Positions 26,835-39,972 of a DNA stretch of 64,000 bases are shown piece after piece. Source of the DNA: Octopus vulgaris (lineage: Eukaryota); contig OX597819.1 of NCBI GenBank assembly GCA_951406725.2, positions 77,934,001 to 77,998,000 of the forward strand. Reading direction: 5' to 3'. The position numbers and the translations under genes were made by a program. How positions within the stretch are numbered: the first letter of the stretch is position 1; each line of letters starts with the position of its first letter. The notes under the pieces are model-generated. The model worked only from the letters and a program-made list of their open reading frames with translations, was not told where the DNA came from and made no database searches.

Positions 26835-27007
26835 TACACATATGTAAAGGGGACATAGAATATATACTACGCTTACAGAAGCAAGTAAAAGAATACGTAT
26901 ATCTGTACATATATATGTGTGTGTGTGTGTGTGTGTCCCGACTCAGGCCTGTGGTATTTTACAGACAGGCAAGTATATTTCGAACACAGTTTAGCCATAA
27001 AAACACC

Positions 27008-27074
<67 letters not shown>

Positions 27075-27315
27075 AAGAAGGGCTTAAAAATCCATATAAA
27101 TCAAAAATGATAGTTAAAAAATATAAAGTATAACTAAAGATTGTTTAATATTTTATTGCATCGAGTGACTTTCTACAAAATATTATCGCTTTCGATGTGT
27201 ACTCGTATGTATATCTTATCAAATATAAAAAAATTAACAATAGTTTGCTCTCATATTTTGCGAGTAGCTAACTGTGCACAAATTATGAGAACAAAGTTTT
27301 TACTTCCAATTGTTT

Positions 27316-27730
27316 CTTATTCTCTTTACTCTTTTACTTGTTTCAGTCATTTGACTGCGGCCATGCTGGAGCACCGCCTTTAGTCGAGCAAATCGACCCC
27401 GGTACTTATTCTTTGTAAGCCCAGTACTTATTCTATCGGTCTCTTTTGCCGAACCGCTAAGTGACGGGGACGTAAACACACCAGCATCGGTTGTCAAGCA
27501 ATGCTAGGGGGACAAACACAGACACACAAACATACACACACATACATATATATATACATATATACGACAGGCTTCTTCTTTCAGTTTCCGTCTACCAAAT
27601 CCACTCACAAGGCATTGGTCGGCCCGGGGCTATAGCAGGAGACACTTGCCCAAGTTGCCACGCAGTGGGACTGAACCCGGAACCATGTGGTTGGTAAACA
27701 AGCTACTTACCACACAGCCACTCCTGCCTG
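27316..27730 (-). mobile_element. SINE family A, full-length
   Basis: Reverse complement of the 50803-51260 type, both ends intact. Confidence 0.95.
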
Positions 27731-28864
27731 ATTTTTAACTTTCAGTTCTTATTAGATGGTCATGCACATCGAAGCCGGTAATATTTTATAAAAAGATACT
27801 CATTGTAACAAATATAAAACAAACTTTGAACATGCTATTGTCCTGCTTCCAACTTCTTTTCAAACTACGGACTAACACACTCTAACACTCCTGGAAGGTG
27901 TTAATCGAACAAATCGGGCCTCGGACTTATTTTTCGAAGCCTAATACTTATTCTAACTGTATCATTTTGCCAAAAGTTACGAGGATGCAAACACCACCAC
28001 CGGTTGTAAAGCTCGCTTAGCCAGCGGGGTGGCGTCATTCGAAGGCTAAAACAATGCGAACGCATTGTGACCAGCGATGTGTAACAACATCTGATGGTCT
28101 GGTCGGTCACGTGATCACGTGATATATATATATATATATATGTATGCATGTATGCATGTATGTATGTATGTATGTATATGTGTGTGTGTGTGTATATGTA
28201 TATAAATCCAAAAAACGGAACAAGAACGTAACGGACGACAATGAAAACATGCTGACAGATGGACAGGAAAACCAGGACGGAACATTCGTGGCTTTCTATT
28301 CATCAGTCAAGCTTCCCATTATCACTACAGTTTCGACCTATTACATTTGAGACTATTCAAAATTGGTGGGCTCCAAAAATCTAAGCTAAGGGCATTCGAT
28401 TTTTGGAAGAAAGCGGGCGAATATATATGACAACACGGACAAAAACCACGAGAAAACGGAGGAACTGTTACACGATTACAAATACAAACAAGAATAGCAA
28501 CAAGCGTCTTTCGACTAAAAGGACAAGATAAGTTAAGCTGGCGTGTGAAGTGGAAGCCTTGCAGCAACAAACATAAATGAAAGTTAGGAGACAGGAAAAT
28601 AAGGTGTTGTGTGGGCGACGGTCAGGCCAAGAAAGAAGTATCATGCTTGGTCGAGCACCGGTCACGTAGGAGGAACAGAGAGAGGTAGGCATTGAAGAAT
28701 AAGGGAAGGAACTAGAGAGAGGAGGAAGGTACAAGGTGTTAACAGAGAAAAATAGAGAGAGTAAAGAAAGAGAATGTCAAGAAATGTGAGAGAGGGAGTG
28801 AGAAAATGAAAAGAGGAAAGAAAGAAGTAAGTCGTACAGAATTTAGATATATACTTACTTACAA

Positions 28865-29050
28865 GCTGAGTCTGTACCCCCACCATCGCTTGACAACGGA
28901 TGTTGGTGTGTTTCCATCTCCGTAACATAGCGGTTCGGCATAAGAGACCGTTATAATAAGTATTAGTCTTACAAAGAATAAGTCCTGCTGTCGATTTGTT
29001 AGACTAAAGGTGGTGCTCCAGCATGGCCGCAGTCAAATGACTGAAACAAA
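28865..29050 (+). mobile_element. SINE family A, 3' half
   Basis: CCATCGCTTGACAAC...CAGCATGGCCGCAGTCAAATGACTGAAAC. Confidence 0.9.
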
Positions 29051-29058
29051 TATATATA

Positions 29059-29091
<33 letters not shown>

Positions 29092-29520
29092 CATACACAA
29101 AGATACATTTATATGTGGCTATATAGACGCATGCGTATATATGTATATGTTTATATACACACACACATATAATACATGTATATAGCTCAAAGAAAACAAT
29201 GCAGTTTGACAGTTAATCTCAAAGATATCTCTAAAAACAAATTCTCAAACGATATTTGCAAAATCGATACTAGGAAAACTAAACCTTAATCATACTAAAA
29301 CCTAACAATAGAACTGTTTTAAATAAATTAACAGATAAATCTATTATCAATAAACAAATTAAGAATACACCCCTTCATCAATAATCAACATATGTAGCGA
29401 CAGAAAAATAAGAACCAATCAATAAGCGCAAAGCGCAAGTCTTTGAACAAATACAAGTATGAAACCACGCCCACATCAACGATTATAAATGTAACATCTT
29501 TGTAACAAGTTGTTATAGTT

Positions 29521-29561
29521 CTCGTCTGAAGATTGCAGCGGCGTAAAACTCGAGTCGTGAG
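29521..29561 (+). ncRNA. Degenerate type-I hammerhead motif
   Basis: CTCGT-CTGAAGA-TTGCAGCGGCGT-AAAA-CTCGAG-TC-GTGAG; GAAA mutated to AAAA. Confidence 0.5.
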
Positions 29562-29588
29562 ATAACGATTTAGTTTTAAATAATTTTA

Positions 29589-29855
29589 TCTATATATATA
29601 AAACTGAGAGTGTGTGTGTGTATGTCTGTCTGTATGTCTGTATGTGTACATCACGAAAACTCGAGAAGTACCCTACCGATTTCATTCAAATTTTACACAT
29701 AAAATACTTAGGATCAGTGGAGTGCCATGGGTCAAAAGAATTTTCAACTTCTTGCATTATGCGAGCCAGCCGCTATCTCTTAGACTGTTTCGGTATTACG
29801 TGTTAAAAGTGTAACAATAACATCTTTATTGTAATGTGAGATAATAGTTTCACTA
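29589..29855 (+). mobile_element. Non-autonomous Helitron-like 5' fragment
   Basis: A|TCTATATATATAAAA start, GT/GTCT repeats, ACCGATTTCATTCAAATTT. Confidence 0.6.
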
Positions 29856-30184
29856 AAGACCCCCTTCGGTCATGAATGACCATGGGATTGCACCTAGAAA
29901 GTTACCCTCCTAGACACAAGTCCGGGCAAGGTTGTTTATGGAAGACCAGCAGTCGCCCATGCGTACCAGCCTCCCCTCTCCACGCCACCAGTGTTATCCT
30001 AGGGAAAGACAAAGGTCGATACAGCTTGGCACCAGTGACGTCGCAACTCATTTCTACAGCTGAGTGAACTGGAGCAACGTGAAAAATAAAGTGCTTTGCT
30101 CAAGAACACAACACGCAGCCCGGACCAGGATTCGAGCTCACAACCTCATGATCGTAAGCTCGACGCTCTAACCACTGAGCCATG
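29856..30184 (-). mobile_element. SINE family C, full-length, tRNA(Arg)-like head
   Basis: Minus: TGGCTCAGTGGTTAGAGCGTCGAGCTTACGATC...GAGCTCGAATCC (A/B boxes), then GTGTTCTTGAGCAAAGCACTT. Confidence 0.85.
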
Positions 30185-30369
30185 TATATCATATATACAT
30201 AGTGAAACGATTATCTCACATTACATATAAACATGCATATACATATGTATGTTTGTGTGTGTGTGTGTGTGTGTGTATTCGAGACAATTTGACATATGTA
30301 AAGATATACACAGTGCGACGGTTAAATTGTCGCCATCTTATATTTTAAATTTCGTATATGTTTATTGTA

Positions 30370-31760
30370 CGATACGTCGTGTCTGTTCCATGACCTGTGA
30401 TAAAGCTTACCGAAAACGGAGCTAGCTTTCCCAATTCTGAACTCGATGGAACCAAGATAAGTGAAGGAGGAAACAGATTTTAATGCTTTCCCATCAACAT
30501 ATGCAGTAAGAGAATCAGCGGGAGGATGTTCACGAATGGGCTGATGGACGAGCTCAGTTTTTTTGATGTTGATGGTCTGACCAAAGGCTTTCGATGCATG
30601 CAAGATGTTTAGAATACATTGCATGTCCTCAAGAGTTTGTGTTGCAAGTACATAATCGTCTGCGAAGAGCAAATCTCGAACTATTTGCACCAAAGTTTTA
30701 GTTTTTGCTTTGAAGCGCTGTTGGTTGAACAATCCACCACCAGTTTTGTACTTAAACTTTACTCCTTTAACACCCTCGAACGCTGTTTCCAACATGACGG
30801 AGAAATACAAAGCAAATAAGTGTGGTGCAAGAACACAGCCTTGTTTTGTCCCACTGAGATTGTGAATGAATTGGACATTTCCCCACTAGATCTGACAGAA
30901 GCCATCATCCCTTGATGGAAAGAAATTATCACATTAAGCATCTTTTCTGGAACACCTAGCTTTCTAAGGACAATCCAAAGAGCATTCCTAGATGCGGTGC
31001 CGAAAACATTAGTTAGATCTACAAAAGTGACAAAAAAGGTTTCGGCTGAGCTCACGAGCCTTTTCCTGCAGCTGCCTTAGGTTAAAAATCATATCCACTG
31101 TGCCTCTACTAGCCCGAAATCCACACTGATATTCTGGCAACGCTAAGCTGGCAAGGGCATCATTTAGTCTATTTGAGATAACCCTTCCAAGGATCTTCCC
31201 AGCTACACACAAAAGGGAGATACCTCAATGGTTGTCACATTCACATTTGTTACTTTTGTGCTTATAAAGATAGACAATAGAAGCATCTTTGAACTCCTGT
31301 GGGACTGATCCTGATTTCCAGATTAAAGAGAAGAGTTCACATAACTTGTTCAGCAGGAGACTGCTACCACATTTATATATCTCGGCTGGTATGCCATCGT
31401 TCCCAGGCTACTTTCCATTCGTGAGCTGTTTTATGGCCTTTTTTATTTCAGCATTTGATGTAACAGCTGACAGTTCTTCAAGGACAGGCCTTTGCGGTAG
31501 GTTAATGATCAATTCTTCATTAACAATTGAGTCCATTTTCAGAACATTTGAAAAGTGCTCTGCCCAGGGCTTCGTGATCTGTTTATTTGTCAAAAGATTA
31601 CCTTCAGTTGAAAGTATGGGAGTGAGCCACCAGACACAGATCCAAAAACTCTCTTTAAATTCATGTAGAATGACCTAGAATTACATCTGTCCGCAGCATC
31701 TTGCAATTCTTCCTTTGCCCCCATTTCTCTTTCATTTGCCTCTGTAGAGATTGGCATGTA
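30370..31760 (-). pseudogene. RTE-clade LINE reverse transcriptase fossil
   Basis: WAEHFSNVL, EIKKAIKQLTNGK, GKILGRVISNRL, LPEYQCGFRASRGTVDMIF, FVDL, QGCVLAP, GGLFNQQRFKAKTK, LLFADD, FTYLGS, spread over frameshifted ORFs. Confidence 0.96.
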
Positions 31761-31909
31761 CTTCAGGCCTTTTTAAACTCATTGTGCTTTGTAGCATTAT
31801 TTCTATTTGGCATCCACTGATAGTGGCACTTTGCATATTGTCCAAAATAGGATAGACGTATGGATCATTGATAAATTTGAAAAAAACGCTCATAAATTAT
31901 TCTTCAACT

Positions 31910-31962
<53 letters not shown>

Positions 31963-32010
31963 AAAATGGAGAAACAATTTAGTTGGTTTATCAGCTTTAG
32001 GATATTAGCC

Positions 32011-32146
<136 letters not shown>

Positions 32147-32388
32147 GAATACTTAGCAGCATTTCGTCCGTCTTTACGTACTCAATTCAAATTCCGTCTA
32201 TGTTGATAAAATAAGTACCAGTTGCACACTGGGGTCGTTGCAGTTCGTCTAAATTGCTGGCATTGTACCAAAAATTTGAAATTATTATCATTTTACTTCT
32301 CAGAACGTTCGGCTTTGTTTGTTCTGATAGATTCTAAGAGAGCGGACAGCAGCCTGCTGTCAGAGGTCTCGCAAGGTCTCTTTCCGCA

Positions 32389-32461
<73 letters not shown>

Positions 32462-33548
32462 GTTGTTGTTGTTACTGCTGTTCTTGTTTTAAATTTGCAT
32501 TAGAAATTAATTAAAAAAAAGCTAAGTGCCGCAAATTAATTAACGAAAACAAAATCATGAGCAGTTACCGCATTTGTAAGAAACTCAACGGGATAAAGAA
32601 ATATTAACTTTCAAGTTTTATTTAATAACATCAATGAAGCTGAGTGTAATTAGAGAACAAATCAGACCAGTCTGTTGAATAGGAAATGCTTAACAAAAGC
32701 AACCATTGTAAGCAGATATCACAGACAAAAATATATATAATGTTGTAAGGAAAACAGCATTAAATGCTATTTTCTGAATTATAAAAACCCTCTTCAGGAA
32801 AGTGGAATAGAGAATGCTACAGCCTTTTTCAGATAAAAGGCATTTGAAAGAACGATGTTTTGACCATTTCAAAATCACCGGGCATAAACAGCAACAGCGT
32901 TCATATAAATTCTTACCACAGACAGATTGTTTTTAATCCTATGTTATTGTTTAGAAGAAAATTTTTAACAGTTGGGTGCTGAGAACCGAGCCTTGATGGG
33001 CGCCTACTTGCACAATAAAATCGTTACAGCACGCGAACACATGGTGTGCATGGAATTTCAAAGCCATTTATATAGAATCAGTTTTCCTATCAATCATTGG
33101 AATATAATGCAAAGAAAGTTGTCAAAGGTCTTCTTAAAGTCAATAAATGCCATGAAATGTGGCTAGTAGTTCTTGGCTAAGATCTTATCCCGTAGTTGTC
33201 GTATTAAAAAGAGATATCGGCTCTTCTCTGCCGTTGCACAAACTAGGGCTGTTTCTCATCTAATTTGATTTATCTTATTAATTAGCTGTGCTATTATAAA
33301 AAAAAAAAGAAAAAACACCTGGCAGCGATCTAGCAGAACCGTTAGAAAGCAGGATAAAATGCTTAGAGGATTTCTTTCTGCATTTTCTTTTTGTATTGTG
33401 GGTTGTTTGTGCAATGCAGGTTGTGTTCTTCTTTTGGGTATCGAATTTCTATGGCACATACAGTTCTATATTTAAGAGATGAGGAATTATGTACACTATT
33501 TTCATTATTTACATTCGACGGATATTTGTCCTCATCTTGTTTGTTGTT

Positions 33549-33594
33549 AACACAACGCTTCGGCTGATATACCCTCCAGCCTTCTTCAGGTGTC
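33549..33594 (-). ncRNA. Type-I hammerhead motif (left arm)
   Basis: Minus: GACAC-CTGAAGA-A-GGCTG-(10)-CAGCC-GAAG-CGTT-GTGTT; decayed partner on + at 33792-33834. Confidence 0.6.
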
Positions 33595-33625
33595 TTGGGG
33601 TAAAACAACCACGCCATAAGCTCAC

Positions 33626-33698
33626 GGGCATATGGCGTAGTGGTTAAAAGCGCGGGCTACTAACCCCAAAATTCCGAGTTCGATTCCAAGCAGTGACC
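33626..33698 (+). promoter_or_regulatory. tRNA-derived Pol III head (A box TGGCGTAGTGG, B box GAGTTCGATTCC)
   Basis: Anticodon-like arm GGG-CTACTAA-CCC; the acceptor stem pairs poorly, so this is not called as a functional tRNA. Confidence 0.8.
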
Positions 33699-33718
33699 TG
33701 AACAACAACAACAACAAC

Positions 33719-33768
<50 letters not shown>

Positions 33769-34084
33769 CAACAACATCAAAAATTCCTTAAGACACCTGA
33801 AGAAGGCTGGAGGGTGTTTCAGCCAAAATGTGTTAAGAACAAACAATATGAGGACAAATATCCGTCGAATGCAAATAATGTACATAATATTCTATGGCAC
33901 ATGTTGTGGGTTTTTCATAGTAGTCATGGTTATCTGTCCATCATTCTGTTATTTTTTTTTTTTTGGTTGATTTTGTTATGAGTTCGTAGTTACAGCGGTG
34001 ACTTTTTGACAGACCCCCGCCCATAGACATCCGTTGATATTTCTTTGGTATTGATAATTATTACCGTATTTATTATTATTATTA

Positions 34085-34151
<67 letters not shown>

Positions 34152-34164
34152 CATCATCATCATA

Positions 34165-34410
34165 AGGCGGCGAGCTGGTAAAATCGTTAGCACGCCGGGC
34201 AAAATGGTTAGCGGTATTTCGCCAGTCGCTACGTTCTGAGTTTATATTCCGCCGAGGTCAACTTTACGTTATGAATTCAAATTTTGCGGGCACCAGCTTT
34301 ACCTTTCATCATTTCGGGGTCGATAAAATAAGTACCAGTTATGTACTGGGATCGACACAATCAACTTACACTTCCCATCAAAATTTCTGGTTTTGTGCCA
34401 AGATTCGATG
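34165..34410 (+). mobile_element. SINE family B
   Basis: GGCGGCGAGCTGGTAAAATCGTTAGC...; small internal duplication. Confidence 0.9.
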
Positions 34411-34619
34411 CCCTTATCGAAAAACGAATGAAAAAACCTTGCTTCAAACATAAATCTACCGAACTCTCAGCTCAAATTTCTACAAACGCCCGCCCCATCA
34501 TTGTCATTACCATTATCACAAAATTTCTCTTACAAAATTTATTACCCTCAAAATCTCAAATATGTACACCATCCCCCATAAACTTCCGCTACTACAAATC
34601 TACACAAACTCACCCCCAA

Positions 34620-35515
34620 TAGCATGACCACCACAACCACTACCAGAACCACCACCACCACAACCATCAACACCACCACTATCACTACTACCGCCACCAC
34701 CACCACCACCACCATCACTACAACAACCACTATCAGCACGACGACCCTTACCACTACAACTACCACTACCACCACCAACACAACCACCAACACCACTACC
34801 ACTATCACTACCACCGCCACCACCACCACCTCCATCACTACGACAATCACTACCGCTACCACCAGCAGCACGATGACCCTTACTACTACCACAACTACCA
34901 CCACCACCACAACTACCACCACCAACACAAACACCACCACCACTACCACTGCCGCCACCACCACCACCATCACTACCGCTACCACTTGCAGCACGATGAT
35001 CCTTACCACGACCACAACTACCACCACCGACACCACCACCGACACCAACACCACCATCGCAACCACTACCACTACAACCACCGACGCCACCACCACCAGC
35101 ATGACAATCACTACCACAACCACCGACACGAACACCACGAACACCACCACCGTCATCTTAACCACCATTACGACAACCACCGCCGCCACCCCCAGCAGTA
35201 CAAATACCTCCTACCACTACTATAACTACCGCCACTATCACCTCCACTACCACCATTATCACAAGCACCACCACCATCACCAATGCCACCGCCAACGCCA
35301 CCACCTCTGCCATCCCCAATAGCACGACCACTACTACCATTACCAAAATTTTTTACAATCTGACCCCCGATACCACCACTTCCACGACGACGACTACGAC
35401 CACTACCACGACCACCACTACCACCACCACCACTACCACTACTACTACTACTACTACTACTAAAAAATCCTGCAACTTCACCATCATCGTACTCCACCAC
35501 TACCAGCGCCACCAC
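34620..35515. repeat. Degenerate (ACC/ACT)n array with ~125-bp internal periodicity
   Basis: AGCACGA(C/T)GA(C/T)CCTTAC recurs at ~34735, 34866 and 34990. Confidence 0.85.
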
Positions 35516-36099
35516 ATTATGTTAACTAACACAGTCAGATCATAAATCCACTTACAGCCCGAGAATCCGACTGATGCCAGTACCACCAGCCCGATACTTC
35601 CACCTCATGCACAAGGGTAGAAGGGACTAAGGGATTGCTAACAAGGCCCCTCGCCCCTTGATTTTTCCCCGTCACATGTAATCAGTACAAACCCCCTACA
35701 TGTGTTCATTCAGGTGTAACAAAAAAACCTCGGCGAACATAAGACATGGAGGAGGAAATGAGGTGGGGAGGGGGAGGAGGAGGGGGAGGAGGAGGAGAGG
35801 AGGAGAAATAGAGAAGGAAAAGCGAGTACAGGAGAAGGAGGAGGAAAAAGGAGGAAGAGAAGATAGAGTTGAAGGCGGAAATATACAGAAATTTTAAACA
35901 ATGATAGTAATGGTGGAGAATTTTTTTCCTTTAACCTCAAAGAAAAAAAAACATACTATTTAAGTTTTTTTAGGGATGTATTTGTATACATAAATATATA
36001 CATGCATGAGCAAAGATATATATATATATATATATTATAAGTATGTATCCATATATTTTTATATATAAATACATATATACAAACATGCATATATATGTG

Positions 36100-36133
<34 letters not shown>

Positions 36134-36374
36134 TGTATGTATGTATGTATGTATGTATGTATGTATGTATAAGGTATTTTTGAATGTATATTTATGTGGG
36201 TGTATCTTTCACAATAAATTTGCATAAGTGACTATGAATGTGTGCTGCGTTCGTTTGTATGTATGGGTGTATCCATGTCTATGTTATACACGCATACACA
36301 TTCACACACACACACACACACATACACACACGCACACATACACATGCTGACAGAGGTACATATAATACATATTC

Positions 36375-36505
36375 TTTTCTACTCTAGGCACAAGGCCCGA
36401 AATTTTTGGGGGAGTGAGCCAGTCGATTAGATCAACTCAGTATGCAACTGGTACTTAATTTATCGACCCCAAAAGGATGAAAGGCAAAGTCGACCTCGGC
36501 GGAAT
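36375..36505 (-). mobile_element. SINE family B fragment
   Basis: CTGGTACTTAATTTATCGACCCC...GGCAAAGTCGACCTCGGCGGAAT. Confidence 0.85.
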
Positions 36506-36559
36506 ACACATAATACATATTCCATGCTTGAATACTCGCACGTATGTTTTTATACATCC

Positions 36560-36636
<77 letters not shown>

Positions 36637-36637
36637 G

Positions 36638-36690
<53 letters not shown>

Positions 36691-37121
36691 TTCGTACATG
36701 TATAAATACATGCATACATACATAAATGCATAATACACACACACGCACACACGCGCGCACACATATAAATAGTGAGTATATCAACAGTATATATGTATGT
36801 ATATGTGTGTGTTTGTGTGTGTTTAGAGATAGGGAGAGGGGAGAGAGAGCGAGAGCGAGAGAGATACATATATATAGTTAATCCAAACAAGAAAACACAG
36901 AAAAAAAACACAGAAAAAAAACACAGAAAAAAACACAGCAACGCGAGGACGTGGAACAATTGAAGTATTATTTGACGCTGAGAGTTAATGGTGTCAATAA
37001 GACCCAAAGGTGTCAGGTAATGCTGAGTAAGTGCTATGGATAGACCATATTTAAGCTCCAGGATCGGTGATTATGTGAATAAGGAGTCCAACGTAGGTCA
37101 TATATTAGCATGTGTATATAT

Positions 37122-37683
37122 AAATTTTTTTTGTTTCAGAATGATATAAAAAAAACCCAAGGCTGTGAAGATTTTAAAACATTTATAAATAGAAGGTCTT
37201 ACAGCTGTTTCTAGGATATTTATTATATCCTTTTATCGGAAACGGTGTGAGAATATGGTTAAAAAGTAGTTAATTTAGATAAGATACGAAATAGTGAGTG
37301 AAGTGGAGGAATGAAAATAGATGTAGTAAATGCAGGGATATTGCATTTGTAGATCCATTATTTCGACAGAATGGTATACATATAAGATTCCTGTACCTTG
37401 TGATTAAAATACCTTGTGAGTAAAAATACCTTGTGAGTAAAATCCAATGATATTTAAAATTGGGCATTCCAAATAAAGAGTTTATACACAGTGCTATTCC
37501 TCCACTTCACTCTTTATTTCGTATCTTATCTAAATTAACTATTGCTTAGCCATCTTCTCACACCGTCTTCGATGAAGGGATATAACAAATATCCTGGAAA
37601 CAGCTGTAATACCTATTTATAATTGTTCTAAAATCTTCACAGCCTTGATTTTTTTAAATCTTATTCTGAAACAAAAAAAATTT
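37122..37683. mobile_element. Fold-back element with a hammerhead-like motif in each arm
   Basis: Arms ~37122-37313 and ~37495-37683; motifs at 37196-37243(-) and 37565-37612(+); second copy at 60135-60460. Confidence 0.85.
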
Positions 37684-37685
37684 GT

Positions 37686-37767
<82 letters not shown>

Positions 37768-37770
<3 letters not shown>

Positions 37771-38320
37771 CAAGGAAAAATTACAAAAAGGCAGAATGCT
37801 AAATTGAAGGTAAATTTAATGAAAATGGGTGTAAGGAAATTAAAAAAATTTTTTTTTTTAAATATTAACTCTAACCGGTTTTCGTGGCAATGCGACTTTT
37901 CATGAATTGTAAGGTGAAAAGAACATTTTTTTATAATTGAGGAGGAGCAAAAGAGAAAATTACATTGTTTTTTGCAAAAAAATAATAAACATATACGAAA
38001 ATTAAGAAATAGGTGCACCGATACATTGTAAAGTCTTTGCGTATATCGAGTTCAATGATAGTTCTTGGAAAAATTACCTTGTAAGATTAAGATCCATGTG
38101 GTGTTCAATTTAGGATGCAAAAAACAATGTAATTTTCTTTTTTCCCCTCTCCTCAATCATAAAAAAATTTTCTTTTCACCTTACAATTCTTGAAAAGTCG
38201 CATTGCGACAAAAACCGGTTAGAGTTAATATTTTTTTTTTAATTTTTAAAAATTTTCCTTACACTCATTTTGATTAAAATTTACCTTACATTCTGCCTTT
38301 TTATAATTTTCTCTTGCCTA
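37768..38320. mobile_element. Second fold-back family with a hammerhead-like motif in each arm
   Basis: Arms 37768-37976 and 38116-38320; motifs at 37867-37908(-) and 38185-38226(+); (TA)n on both sides. Confidence 0.85.
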
Positions 38321-38362
38321 TCATTTCTCCACGTGCGGTCAACACAACCCCACCATTTATTG

Positions 38363-38410
<48 letters not shown>

Positions 38411-38465
38411 GTACATACATATATATAGATACATATATATATATACATGTATATACATACATATG

Positions 38466-38513
<48 letters not shown>

Positions 38514-38968
38514 CATGCATACATATGTATGCTTATTCATGATATATGTCATACGTATAATATACATAAATAATATATAATGCATGTCAGACAAGCTTTA
38601 TTTCTATATTATGTGCAATTTATTCTTCATTATGTAATTGATAAGTGAATACATATACACATAAACGCACTGAAACACTCTCTTGCACACACACATACAC
38701 AAACACACTCACTCGCACTCTCATACGGACATGCATATACATGCACACTCGTGTACACATGTTGCACCGTATATATGAATCGGGCGTTTGCTTAATCATA
38801 TTTTACGTGATAAGCAAAATTAAGGCGCTGAGTAAAGCACATGTGTGCATGTGTCTACGTGTGTTTGTATGCATGTGTATTTGCAAGCATATTTGTATGC
38901 ACGTATGTATGTATGTATGAATGCCTGTATACACACACACGCGCGCACACACACACAAACACACTTGT

Positions 38969-39009
<41 letters not shown>

Positions 39010-39019
39010 ATATATGCAT

Positions 39020-39190
39020 AAGTTGTTGGAGTGTTTTCGTCCCCGTAACTTAGCGGTTCGGCAAAAAAGACCGATAAAATAAGTACTAGGCTTACAAAGA
39101 ATAAGTCCTGCGGTCGATTTGTTCGATTGAAGGCGGTGCTCCAGCATGACCGCAGTCAAATGACTGAAACAATTAAAAAGAAAAAAGAAA
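39020..39190 (+). mobile_element. SINE family A, 3' half
   Basis: CGTCCCCGTAACTTAGCGGTTCGGCAAAA...GCAGTCAAATGACTGAAAC. Confidence 0.9.
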
Positions 39191-39344
39191 CAGTACGAAA
39201 ATGAGATGACAAAAGATTAAATGACTATCGTGAATTTCAGTAGCTTACAGTTGTTTCTACTATACGATGCTGTAGACACATAGTTGAGCGCCTGAATAAC
39301 AACTTATAACTTCAAAGCAGCTTCGACTATGAAGCGCAAGAATA

Positions 39345-39686
39345 AGCCCTGGACATCCTAAAGAACTCTTTGTTACTTTGGATGGAGCAGAAGTTTGGGC
39401 TTGACAATGTGGTGCTTATCCAGGATTCTGCACCATCTGAAGTGTCAACAGTTTGAAGGCGTGCATCGTGCGTGCGACACGCTAAATCAAAATGGCAGAG
39501 GTTGCGGCAGCTGCAAAAATATTTCGTTCTCGAGTGGCGGCGGTAATTGCCCAAAAGGGCAGCCATATTGCGTGATAAATGTTTTTGTTGCAATAAATGT
39601 TACATTAAAATCATATCTGTCACTATTTTAGTATTTATAACCGGTTTTATGCATCGTAAAAGTCTCAATTTATCTGGAAGACCCTG
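39345..39686 (+). mobile_element. mariner/maT-like transposase 3' remnant with right TIR
   Basis: LDILKNSLLLWMEQKFGLDNVVLIQDSAPS, then after a deletion LKACIVRA...FRSRVAAVIAQKGSHIA*; ends GACCCTG|TA. Confidence 0.75.
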
Positions 39687-39706
39687 TATAAGTATATGTA
39701 TATGCG

Positions 39707-39742
<36 letters not shown>

Positions 39743-39895
39743 TAAATTAAATTATATATATATATATATATACATATATATATGTATACATATGTATGTA
39801 TATATATATATATATACATATACATACATATATATATACATATATGTATACATACATATATATACATATATATATATATATGTGTATATATATTA

Positions 39896-39972
<77 letters not shown>

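Larger units (their letters stand above)
33461..33889. mobile_element. Palindromic tRNA-headed, hammerhead-bearing retroposon with 13-bp TSD
   Basis: Inverted arms centred at 33624-33625; TTCTATGGCACAT at both 33447-33459 and 33890-33902. Confidence 0.9.

Noticed and set aside
33626-33698. Functional tRNA gene
   Set aside because: Poor acceptor and T stems, no Pol III terminator, embedded in a repeat; treated as a SINE-type head.
34548-35322. Thr-rich mucin-like ORF (232 aa) and its Val-rich antisense
   Set aside because: Degenerate trinucleotide array open on both strands; no signal peptide, domain or clear splice context.
36985-37110. Possible GIY-YIG C-terminus (HYLTPLGLID), also LIKES at ~2250
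   Set aside because: Only a few residues resemble the PLE endonuclease end; not enough evidence.
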